Shown here one piece after another: positions 54,870 to 63,441 of a stretch of DNA of 64,000 nucleotides. Positions within the stretch are counted from its first letter, which is position 1. Each line of letters begins with the position of its first letter. The stretch is from an uncultured Planctomycetaceae bacterium. Its GTDB lineage: Bacteria; Planctomycetota; Planctomycetia; Pirellulales; PNKZ01. The translations under genes were made by a program, and so were the position numbers. The stretch is from positions 1,661 to 65,660 of the forward strand of contig CAYLYE010000004.1 in the NCBI GenBank assembly GCA_964387325.1, in the 5' to 3' direction. The notes beneath the pieces were generated by a model. The model did not search any database. It was not told the DNA's origin and saw only the letters and a list, made by a program, of their open reading frames with translations.

Positions 54870-57109
54870 CTGTCGTCGTTCAGGATCCATTGGAACTGCT
54901 GCGAGATTTTGCAGACGAGGCGCTGGCCTCGCTGCGGACATTGCCCGCGCATCTCGAAGCGTATCGCACCGCGCCGTCTTCCGAGCCGATCAACGCGGTC
55001 TTTCGCGGCATCCACTCGCTGAAAGGGAATGCCGGGTTTTTTGGGCTCAATGTTATCAAATCGTTCGCCCACTCGGTCGAGAACACACTGGACGAGATTC
55101 GCACTCAGCAGGCCCCCATCAGCGAAGAACTAGAACGCTCGCTGATCGCGTCGTTCGATTATTTGGATGAGATGGTCTCAGCGGCCATCGCCGGTGAGAT
55201 GAGCGATGAATTACCACCCGACGCTCAGCAATTGCTCGACACGATCGTGCGACAAGCCGGGATCGGCACCGGCGAATCCAGCCGTCCTGAGGACATGCAG
55301 CATGTGCTGCAATGCCTGCGTCAATTGCAAGTGCCAGGGCTTGAAACCCCCGTCGAGTGGCTAGAGACCGTTGCTGATTCCATGCTCGATGTCCTCGAAG
55401 CGTCGCTACGAGGCGCAAGCCAACCGGGCACAGCTGCCGATACCACCACGCCTGCCGAAGCGGGCATACTTACTCCAATCCAACTTGCCACGACGCAATG
55501 GAACTGCCCCGAGATCGACTTGGCTCAGCAGTTACAGGCCGTGCTGCACTTGTTCGTGGCATTCGAGAAACAAGAATATACGCCGGCCGTGGGCGAGGCG
55601 TTTATCGCCCAGGCGGAATCTTTGGCCGAACAGGCTCGCGTGTGTCATCGTCACAGCCTGGCAGAGGCCTTTGCAGCCGCGGCGAAAAATTTCCGCCTGT
55701 TGGCAGCGAGCCCCATTCCGCTCGATGACATGCTCATCTCGGTGGTCTGGGACAACTTATGCCCGGAACTTTCCAAGCTGATTGCGCCCCGCGCTGTCGA
55801 GCCAACTCCGTCGGCTGTTGTGCCGCCAGCAACCGCGATCGCCCCGACGACCAATGCCCCCGCTTCGGCCGCACCTGCCAAGGACTCGCACGGCCGACTG
55901 ATCCGCGTCAAAGAAGAGCGTCTCGACGAATTCCTCAATCTCGTGGCCCGATTGTTTATCACGGGCGAGATGTTCAAAGACTTGCAGTCGCGTATGGCCG
56001 AGAGCCGTCAGCTCAAGCCGATGGTCGAAGAGTTTCGGGAAATCATTCGCAGCTTCTCCGAGCAAGCCTATGTGCTGCAAAAGGGTTTATTCTCGTTGCG
56101 ACGCGTTCCGGCGGCGAATCTGTTTTCAAAATTTCCCGGCATGGCGCGCGGCTTGGCCCGTCAGTTGGGGAAAGAGGTCGACGTGCGGTTGGTTGGCGAA
56201 GAGATCGAAATCGACAAAGCGCTGATCGAAGACCTGGACGCTCCGTTGACCCACATCATCCGCAATGCGGTCGATCATGGCATCGATCCTCCGGACGATC
56301 GAGCGGCGCGCGGTGCCAGTCGTACCGGCCAGCTCACGATGACCGCCGAACTTACCCGTTCGCATGTACGCATCGTGGTCACCGACAATGGCCGCGGCAT
56401 CGACGCGCGCAGAATACGTGCCAAGGCGCTTGAAAAAGGACTGTTTGTCGCTAGCGAACTCGAAGCAATGTCCGATGATGAGGCTGTCCAGCTCATTTTT
56501 CATCCCGGCTTTTCGACCGCGGAGAAACTCTCGGATGTGTCAGGGCGCGGCGTGGGTCTCGACGTGGTTCGGAACAGCGTTCGTAAACATCAGGGTGAAG
56601 TCTATGTCAGCTCGCAATTGAATGTCGGGACGACTTTTCGTCTCGACCTCCCCTTGCGCGAGGCGGTGCTCGTTATTGATGGCTTAATGATCTGTCATGA
56701 CGGCCAAGAGTTTGTCATCCCCTTTGAGTTTATCCGCGAGATCACTCAACTCGAACCACATCAACTCGCGCCGTTTCATGGAGCCCAAGTAGCTACCATT
56801 CGCGGCACGGTGTACGATGCACGACGCTTGTCAGCGGTGCTCGCCGGCGCCGCCCATGATCGAGACGACAAGCGGGCTTTATCCGCCGTGGTGGTCGGCA
56901 CGCAATTCGGGCATATGTGCCTGCTGGTCGATCAGGTCCTGGGAACGCGTAAAGTGGTTGTGAATGGGTTGAAAGACATCGTCTGTGCGACACCGTCGGT
57001 GGCGGGGGTCGCTCAGCTCGGCGGCGGTCGACTCGCGTTGGTACTTAGCATTCCTGAGATCGTGAATCGACTCATTGTCAGCCATGAAAACGAAACGCTG
57101 GCAAAATAA
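54866..57109 (+). CDS. cheA: Second CheA-type histidine kinase (single HPt, no P2-like domain evident)
   Basis: HPt FRGIHSLKGNAGFFGL and dimerisation segment RLIRVKEERLDEFLNLVARLFI. HATPase motifs are LTHIIRNAVDHGID, DNGRGID and GRGVGLDVV. A C-terminal CheW-like domain is present. Confidence 0.9.
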   Translation: MTVVVQDPLELLRDFADEALASLRTLPAHLEAYRTAPSSEPINAVFRGIHSLKGNAGFFGLNVIKSFAHSVENTLDEIRTQQAPISEELERSLIASFDYLDEMVSAAIAGEMSDELPPDAQQLLDTIVRQAGIGTGESSRPEDMQHVLQCLRQLQVPGLETPVEWLETVADSMLDVLEASLRGASQPGTAADTTTPAEAGILTPIQLATTQWNCPEIDLAQQLQAVLHLFVAFEKQEYTPAVGEAFIAQAESLAEQARVCHRHSLAEAFAAAAKNFRLLAASPIPLDDMLISVVWDNLCPELSKLIAPRAVEPTPSAVVPPATAIAPTTNAPASAAPAKDSHGRLIRVKEERLDEFLNLVARLFITGEMFKDLQSRMAESRQLKPMVEEFREIIRSFSEQAYVLQKGLFSLRRVPAANLFSKFPGMARGLARQLGKEVDVRLVGEEIEIDKALIEDLDAPLTHIIRNAVDHGIDPPDDRAARGASRTGQLTMTAELTRSHVRIVVTDNGRGIDARRIRAKALEKGLFVASELEAMSDDEAVQLIFHPGFSTAEKLSDVSGRGVGLDVVRNSVRKHQGEVYVSSQLNVGTTFRLDLPLREAVLVIDGLMICHDGQEFVIPFEFIREITQLEPHQLAPFHGAQVATIRGTVYDARRLSAVLAGAAHDRDDKRALSAVVVGTQFGHMCLLVDQVLGTRKVVVNGLKDIVCATPSVAGVAQLGGGRLALVLSIPEIVNRLIVSHENETLAK

Positions 57110-57189
57110 TTGGCGATGGCTCCGCCGCGGATTTCCGATTAAAGTATGACCGTTGGGATGACATCGACCTTGGCAGATGGCGGAGTAAC

Positions 57190-58011
57190 ATGGCTTTACG
57201 GCTGACCTATTTTGGCGAATCGAAAGTGCCCGTCGAGATCGAGGGGCTCACGCCCGACTGGGCCTGTGATAAATCGCTCGCCGACATCGAGCGGTTCGAG
57301 ATTTTCGATGGCAATCGAAAAATTCCGCTGGCCGAAATGTTTCGTATTTCTGGTGATGCCCGCGATCAACACTTTGACTTCGAAGGGGAACTCGGCGGCG
57401 TGCATTGGATCGGAGCGCACATGCGAAGCGGCTCCATCCATATCCACGGCTCAGCGGGCCGGCACATCGGCAGCGACCTGCGCGGCGGTCAAATCATCGT
57501 CGATGGCAACGCCCAAGGCTGGGTCGGAGCCGAAATGCACGCTGGCTTCATCCACATCCGTGGCGATGCCGGACATCTCGTCGGCGCCGCCTATCGCGGC
57601 TCGACCAAAGGCATGACGGGCGGCACCATTCTTGTCGACGGCAATGTCGGCAATGAAGTCGCCCTGACGATGCGACGCGGCTTGATCGCCGTCGGCGGTT
57701 CGGCCGGCGATTTGATCGGCTTCAATATGATTGCCGGCACCGTACTCGTGTTCGGCGAGTGTGGCATTCGCTGCGGAGCAGGCATGCGCCGCGGTACCAT
57801 CGGTTTGCTGGGACCCAATCCGCCGCCGCTGTTGCCCACGTTTCGATTTGCGACCACGCTTCGGCCGCAAATCATCGACGTTCTGCTGCGGCATGTCCAC
57901 GCCCGTGGTCTCAAGATCGACGCGAGTTTGCTCACCTCGGAGTACGACATCTACCACGGCGACCTGGTGTCGATTGGGCGAGGCGAAGTGCTCATGCGAC
58001 ACGCCGCCTAG
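57190..58011 (+). CDS. Formylmethanofuran dehydrogenase subunit C / FhcC-like GXGXG-repeat protein
   Basis: N-terminus ALRLTYFGESKVPVEIEGLTPD followed by repeated beta-helix units (GSIHIHGSAGRHIGSDLRGGQIIVDGNAQGWVGAEMHAGFIHIRGDAGHLVG...GGTILVDGNVGNEV). Confidence 0.8.
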   Translation: MALRLTYFGESKVPVEIEGLTPDWACDKSLADIERFEIFDGNRKIPLAEMFRISGDARDQHFDFEGELGGVHWIGAHMRSGSIHIHGSAGRHIGSDLRGGQIIVDGNAQGWVGAEMHAGFIHIRGDAGHLVGAAYRGSTKGMTGGTILVDGNVGNEVALTMRRGLIAVGGSAGDLIGFNMIAGTVLVFGECGIRCGAGMRRGTIGLLGPNPPPLLPTFRFATTLRPQIIDVLLRHVHARGLKIDASLLTSEYDIYHGDLVSIGRGEVLMRHAA

Positions 58012-59918
58012 CCACGCAGGCCGCGCGATTCGAGTTGCTGACGGATGCTCGGCTCCGCAAGCAACGCGCGAAATGCGACCAAAGCCGGGCGGTCGAGACG
58101 AGCCTTCGGCGCCACAAAATCATAGGCTTCGTCTTGATAGCGCAAAAAACTGAGGCCAGCCCCGCGAGCGACCGACTCGATCGTGACGCCCCAGTCGGCT
58201 CTGTGTTGACGAACGGCCACCGCAACAGCCGTATGGTTACTCGGTTGCACCGCGTAACCGCTCGGGCGCTGGTCACCCAACAGACGGTCGATCAAAATGC
58301 GGGTGCCGCTCCCCTGATTGCGATTGATCATCACACAGCTCGGGTCATGGGCCACGCGCGCGATAATCTCGCAAGGATCCGTGCCGGCAAAGCGGGTGTC
58401 TCCGGAGCGAAAAACGATCCCCTGCACGCGGCGATATCCGGCGATAAGATCCACCGAGGCGTCGAGAAACGGGTGATTGTATCGACCCGTGTGTGGGTCG
58501 AGCAGATGGATGCCAGCCAGATCGCATTGGCCTCGCTGGACCGCCGCGAGCCCAGCCGAGCTGCCAACATTGAGCACCTTCGACGAGAAGCCACGGCGTT
58601 GAAGTTGTGCGAGCAGATAGTCGAGCCCTATGCAATGACTACCGATGACGACCAAATCGGCAATGGCCAGCCCGCGGCCGATGAGCCGGACGTCGACCGA
58701 CTGCCCCGCCTCAACGATCTCGGTGTGTCGGCCGATCGTGACAAAGCCATCGGCCCGGCTGAATGACGTGACGCTCCCCGAGCCTTTGCCGAGCGGAAAT
58801 GCGATCAGCCCGTGCTCGGACTTAACCAGTCCGACGAGCAAATACTCGGTACGTCCGATCTCGGAATTGGTCTTCACGGCCAGGGTGGCGGCGACCGTCT
58901 CTTGCGGCTCAGGTGTTTGACCCGCGAGCAGTTGAATGATCGGCGCAACAAACTCATGAAAGGTAAAAATGGCCGATGTTGGAAAACCCGGTAGAATGAC
59001 GACCGGCTTGCCAGCACTTGCCGCCAGACAGAGTGGTTTGCCAGGCTTGAGCGCCACGCCGTGCACAATGATTCCCGGATCATTAAGCTCGGCAACGACG
59101 CGATAGCAAAGGTCCCCTTTCCCTTTGCTGGTACCGCCGGAAAGCAGCACCATATCGGCATCGACAAGAGCCTGCCGCAGCACGCTGCGCAACGCCTGCA
59201 TGTCGTCGCGCACGATTCCGCAGCACCGCGGCTCACCGCCGAGTTCGCGAACTGCATCGGCCAAGATCCGCGCGTTCGAGTCGTAGACCTTGGCTGCGTG
59301 CATCGGTTGCCCCGGCGCGATGATTTCGTTGCCGGTCGAAATGATCGCCACGCGTGGCCGACGCCAGGCCGTGACTCGTTCCTCGCCGAGAGCCGCCAGG
59401 ACGCCGGTTTCACGACTGGTCAGTCGAGTGCCGGCTCGTAACACGGTCTCACCCGAGGCAATGTCGGTGCCTGCGAAAGCAATACCCGACCCCGGGTTGA
59501 CTGCCCGGCGAATGAGCAGCGCGTCGCCGCGCCGTTCGGTGTGCTCGATCATGGCCACGGCGTCCGCCCCGCGTGGGAGCATCCCGCCCGTAGCGATGGC
59601 GACTGCCTCGCCTAATTGAACCGCGAAACATGGTGGAGTTCCTGCCTCGATGATTTCTGCCGAGGGGCGCAGCGTTTTCGGAGCAAGTTCGGTCGCGCCG
59701 AAGGTCTCCACCGCGCGAACTGCAAACCCGTCGACGTTTGCACGGTCGAACGAGGGCACGTCGACACGCGCACAAACGTCGTCGGCCAATATGCGTCCGA
59801 GCGCGTCGCTTAGCGCGATCAACTCAGCGCCGAGTGGCTGCAAATCAAGCGCTGCGCGAAAGCGCACCTCGGCCTCGTCTCGATTGGCCACGGAAAGAAA
59901 TTGCTCTTGATCGGTCAT
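58008..59918 (-). CDS. moeA: Molybdopterin molybdotransferase MoeA fused to a C-terminal periplasmic-binding-protein-like domain
   Basis: MoeA N-domain (VDVPSFDRANVDGFAVRA), MoCF domain (VAIISTGNEIIAPGQ...VYDSNARILA...LLSGGTSKGKGD), then a ~230-aa PBP-like tail (VVIGSHCIGLDYLL...VGSSAGLAAVQRGQCDLAGIHLLD). Confidence 0.88.
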   Translation of the reverse strand: MTDQEQFLSVANRDEAEVRFRAALDLQPLGAELIALSDALGRILADDVCARVDVPSFDRANVDGFAVRAVETFGATELAPKTLRPSAEIIEAGTPPCFAVQLGEAVAIATGGMLPRGADAVAMIEHTERRGDALLIRRAVNPGSGIAFAGTDIASGETVLRAGTRLTSRETGVLAALGEERVTAWRRPRVAIISTGNEIIAPGQPMHAAKVYDSNARILADAVRELGGEPRCCGIVRDDMQALRSVLRQALVDADMVLLSGGTSKGKGDLCYRVVAELNDPGIIVHGVALKPGKPLCLAASAGKPVVILPGFPTSAIFTFHEFVAPIIQLLAGQTPEPQETVAATLAVKTNSEIGRTEYLLVGLVKSEHGLIAFPLGKGSGSVTSFSRADGFVTIGRHTEIVEAGQSVDVRLIGRGLAIADLVVIGSHCIGLDYLLAQLQRRGFSSKVLNVGSSAGLAAVQRGQCDLAGIHLLDPHTGRYNHPFLDASVDLIAGYRRVQGIVFRSGDTRFAGTDPCEIIARVAHDPSCVMINRNQGSGTRILIDRLLGDQRPSGYAVQPSNHTAVAVAVRQHRADWGVTIESVARGAGLSFLRYQDEAYDFVAPKARLDRPALVAFRALLAEPSIRQQLESRGLRG

Positions 59919-59997
59919 AACTGGAACGTTACAGGGCGTTGGATCATCACAGGGCAGCGGCGTGCCCCCGTTTTAGTACCAGGAAAAGGCGCTAGGG

Positions 59998-60783
59998 TCA
60001 CTTCTTCTTCGCATATTTATCGCGAATCTCTTGCGCTCGCCGGGCGTTGTAGCCGCCGATGGAATCGAGCGATCCTCCCTCGAACATCAAGGGTTTACGT
60101 GTGCGCTTGAGCGATTCCATTTGCGCCGTGACCTGTTTGATCATGGTGCGCTTTTCCTCGGGGGTTAAGTCCTCCACGGCCGGAATTCGCTTGATCGACA
60201 GTTCACAGATCTCAATCTGCAAGTCGACGAGCGGCTTGTGTGCGCGGGCTTTCCGCCATTCGATGAGATGATCGTAAACATCGTCGACTAAATGAATCGA
60301 TCGCCCTTCCCGTTCTGAAGACAAGTCATACTGTCCGACGGGGCCATAGAGTCGCCACTGAACGATTGTTTCGCACCAATCGCCGACCGTGCCGTTGATC
60401 GTGTAATGATCGTCCCAAAAATAGGTGAGGGCATAGCGTTTGTCCGGGATGTGGTTCACCAACTCTTCCCACATCGCTTCGGAGGGGTCGTTGTAGATTT
60501 TCGAGAGTGTCTGGCGAACGCGTGTTTCATCATTCCAATCATAATCGGGAACAAAGATCGGCAGATGACTGATGTCAAGCTGGACGATCTTGGGTGCTGG
60601 ATTGCGGCTGGCCAGCGCATCAATCAAGCGAGCACATGCTTGGCGTTGATCTTTGGGTTGTGGTGCGACGGTTTGCCCGAGAACGGTCGACTTGTGAATG
60701 GTGTTGTGCAACACAAAAACCCCGATCAGTAAGTAACTCAATGTTCGATATCGATTCAACACGGCAATCTCCTTAGATTTCAT
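59998..60783 (-). CDS. Hypothetical membrane-anchored protein (lower-GC gene)
   Basis: 261 aa with ATG start and one N-terminal TM helix (TLSYLLIGVFVLHNTI). Its start overlaps the stop of the upstream 412-aa ORF by 4 nt. No recognisable motif. Confidence 0.6.
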   Translation of the reverse strand: MKSKEIAVLNRYRTLSYLLIGVFVLHNTIHKSTVLGQTVAPQPKDQRQACARLIDALASRNPAPKIVQLDISHLPIFVPDYDWNDETRVRQTLSKIYNDPSEAMWEELVNHIPDKRYALTYFWDDHYTINGTVGDWCETIVQWRLYGPVGQYDLSSEREGRSIHLVDDVYDHLIEWRKARAHKPLVDLQIEICELSIKRIPAVEDLTPEEKRTMIKQVTAQMESLKRTRKPLMFEGGSLDSIGGYNARRAQEIRDKYAKKK

Positions 60784-62018
60784 TTCCAGGGAATCGCTCG
60801 ATTGCGTTCGCGAATTTTAAAATCGGTTGCTTTTCGATTGGAGAATTTCCGAACGGTCCCCCAGCTGGATCGCATTTGTTCCTGATACTCACGAAGGGTG
60901 CGCAGCTTCTTGTCGTAAAGGCCCATCACCAAACCATTGCCTTCGGCATCTTTGCCAAAATAGAACAGATTACTTCCTTCTTCACCTGGGTGCCGGCTTT
61001 GTTCTGCAGGGCTCGATCGATCCCAATATGGATTTTTGATCCATATTTGATCTCCCGGCTGGAGTTCGTCGAGGCGAAAGCCTTCTCCCTCCATCTTAGA
61101 CTCCTCGTTGTAAAACGTTGTACTCCCGCTGCCCGCCACGTCGCCGGGGATCTCTTGACCCGCTAGTAGGCGATTGATTTTATCATGTTCGCTTGCCGGT
61201 GCAGAATCGATGACGGCTTTGATGAGTACCAACTTGGATAACTTATTGCAGAAAATCGTGTTCCCTTCGGATTTAAATAAGTCATTGATGGCATCGATCG
61301 GCTTGATGCCAGGACGGGTGATATATCGGTTTTTCTGATTCTCGACCCAATACGCTGGATTTCGATATCCTCCTGAATGTTTACTTCTTGGGACGGGAAA
61401 AGCGATCGTCTTGTGATAATTATTCGCCAGAACCTTGATTCTTAACTCTCGTTCGTGGTGACTGAGGCCCGCTTGATCGAGTTGCCGACGAGAACGATCT
61501 ACATCCTCTTCGGACACGGAACGAGGCTTGAGCGAACGGGTCACTTGCGCCAGTATATGATCCGGAACTCTGGCGTAATTATCACTTTGCGCCGAAATCC
61601 CAGAATGACCTATCGATGGCATGGCAATGTTGCCTGCATTGCCCGTGTGTGGAACGACTGTCTGACCGGTTCCGATCAATCGTGAAGGATCGGCATTATT
61701 TTCATGATCGAGAGGATAGTGGATTCGTCCGCCGCTGGTGCCACCGTCAGTCGAGGCGAACCAACCGGCGTTGGGTGGTCCACCCAGGCGCGGATGTTGT
61801 GCCGGATCCCATTCCAACACACTACGGCCCGCGATCGCCGCGAGAAATTCACGCCGCTCACGCTGCACTGACTCGGGAACCGGGCCCGCCGGATCGTGTC
61901 CCAGCATCTCGCGTAGAAACAACCAATGCTCGGTCCGGTGCGGTTCCTCTGTAAAGAGACTGGGGCCGGTCGGAAAGCTCACTACAATCGGCGGACGATA
62001 AAGATCGCGTGAAGCCAT
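60780..62018 (-). CDS. Hypothetical protein with single-Cys / PGD / His signature (possible papain-like or NlpC/P60-like fold)
   Basis: 412 aa with ATG start and no signal peptide. WDPAQHPRLGGPPNAGWF motif near residue 70. The only cysteine is C257 (NTIFCNKLSKLV), followed by LQPGDQIWIKNP (320-330) and RHPGEEGSNLFYFG (H343). Sampled 60-nt lines here are 42-55% GC. Confidence 0.6.
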   Translation of the reverse strand: MASRDLYRPPIVVSFPTGPSLFTEEPHRTEHWLFLREMLGHDPAGPVPESVQRERREFLAAIAGRSVLEWDPAQHPRLGGPPNAGWFASTDGGTSGGRIHYPLDHENNADPSRLIGTGQTVVPHTGNAGNIAMPSIGHSGISAQSDNYARVPDHILAQVTRSLKPRSVSEEDVDRSRRQLDQAGLSHHERELRIKVLANNYHKTIAFPVPRSKHSGGYRNPAYWVENQKNRYITRPGIKPIDAINDLFKSEGNTIFCNKLSKLVLIKAVIDSAPASEHDKINRLLAGQEIPGDVAGSGSTTFYNEESKMEGEGFRLDELQPGDQIWIKNPYWDRSSPAEQSRHPGEEGSNLFYFGKDAEGNGLVMGLYDKKLRTLREYQEQMRSSWGTVRKFSNRKATDFKIRERNRAIPWK

Positions 62019-62180
62019 GAATCGGAACCCTTTCGAAAAAATGCCTGTCGCCGCATGAATACCTGGGCAAGCTTTGGAAATAGCGGATCATGAATCGAGA
62101 TAACGAATCGCGGCCAACGCCAAGGCCGTTGCTCGCCGCCGAGACGGTTCCCGACGACGAACAACGGCTCGCGTCAGGGC

Positions 62181-63245
62181 CTACTGCACCGAACGGATTG
62201 TCCAGAAATCGTTCGCTAAGTTGTTGTCGAGCAAATAGGAGTACGGCATCGTGAAATAGCCGTGCTGACCCCAGTCTCGGCCCCACGAATTGCGCACCAT
62301 GAACCGCTGTTGCGCATCGTCATAACCGACGGCCAACACGGCATGTCCACCCAGGACCCGCTCGTAATAACTGGGCATCGAGACCATCCCGCTCCGCGCG
62401 ACAACCGGCGATTCAAAGCCCTCGTACACGGTAAAGCCGAACACGAACGGGTAGCCCGAGGCGAGACAAGCCTTCATCTGCACCAGCGACTGCGCGAGTC
62501 GTTGGTAGGCAATGGCTTTGTGTTTGATGGCTTCCCGATAAGCCTCGGAAGAGGGGCGCACGGCGAATTGGCTGATGATGTAAGGCCAGAGACGCTCGGG
62601 CGGAGCACCTTGCTTGGCGACGCTTTTGATCCCCGTGCGTAGGTATGCCCCCGAGTCCTGCTGCACATAGTTGTCGCCCATCAGCATGCGCTCGTTGTAG
62701 TAGATGAACAAACGAGACGGCGTCGAAGGATTTTCGAGTCGCTGCTTGAGCTGGCCGAACTCGATGGCCGCGGCGATGGCATTTGCGGTGCAACTACCAA
62801 GCTGCCCTTGATCGTACAGCTCGGGTGGACATTGGGGTCGTAGATCGACTTGCGAGGGCAGTGGCCCGAGCCGATGCAGCGGCGCTGCATAAAGATGATC
62901 GCGCTGGTCGGGCAGATCCGGAATCCAACCGTAGCGGCGAATCTTTTGCACACCGCTCAGGGGTGTGCTCTCCGGCTCATCCGCTGTGCAACACGAGTTT
63001 GCGGACTGGACTGCGGACCCGCAGAGGTTGTCGAGCAGGGTTTGGACCGCTACGAGCACATCGGCCGCTTGCCTGGCGGCAGGGACAAAAGCGCCCACGG
63101 TTCGCAGTGTTGCCGCGATCTTGAGCACCGTGGGGCGCAATGCCCGCCACTTGTCGCATGGCGCTGCGGCGGAGGTTGCGGCCTGCTCGAGTGCGGCCGA
63201 CAACTCGTGAAAGACCGCCTCATGTTCAGACGAATGACTCATCAT
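62181..63245 (-). CDS. Papain-family (C1) cysteine peptidase with ~100-aa helical N-terminal region and no signal peptide
   Basis: YDQGQLGSCTANAIAAAIEF (Gln oxyanion + catalytic Cys), LGGHAVLAVGYDD (His), VRNSWGRDWGQHGYF (Asn-Ser-Trp). Confidence 0.85.
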   Translation of the reverse strand: MMSHSSEHEAVFHELSAALEQAATSAAAPCDKWRALRPTVLKIAATLRTVGAFVPAARQAADVLVAVQTLLDNLCGSAVQSANSCCTADEPESTPLSGVQKIRRYGWIPDLPDQRDHLYAAPLHRLGPLPSQVDLRPQCPPELYDQGQLGSCTANAIAAAIEFGQLKQRLENPSTPSRLFIYYNERMLMGDNYVQQDSGAYLRTGIKSVAKQGAPPERLWPYIISQFAVRPSSEAYREAIKHKAIAYQRLAQSLVQMKACLASGYPFVFGFTVYEGFESPVVARSGMVSMPSYYERVLGGHAVLAVGYDDAQQRFMVRNSWGRDWGQHGYFTMPYSYLLDNNLANDFWTIRSVQ

Positions 63246-63441
63246 CGACTCCCTTGGTTAGCTGGATGCACTCGAAGATCGAGTTGGCATCGCGGCTCCG
63301 CGGCGTCCGTTGACAATGGCTGAAGGCGCGTGGGGGCGGAGCAATGATCACCACGGACGTTGACCCAAGCACCGGCGTAGCTTCGATCCGTGGCCGGCCA
63401 CTCGATACCGTCGCTCGCATGGCGCTACGGGGGCGATTCGG

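Noticed and set aside
57759-58766. 335-aa plus-strand ORF spanning the fhcC-like 3' end and antisense to moeA
   Set aside because: It overlaps two well-supported genes, and its composition is typical of an out-of-frame or antisense reading of GC-rich coding DNA.
59919-59997. Moco riboswitch upstream of moeA
   Set aside because: Only 79 nt are available between moeA and the preceding gene. That is too short for the roughly 130-nt Moco RNA motif, and no matching conserved stems are evident.
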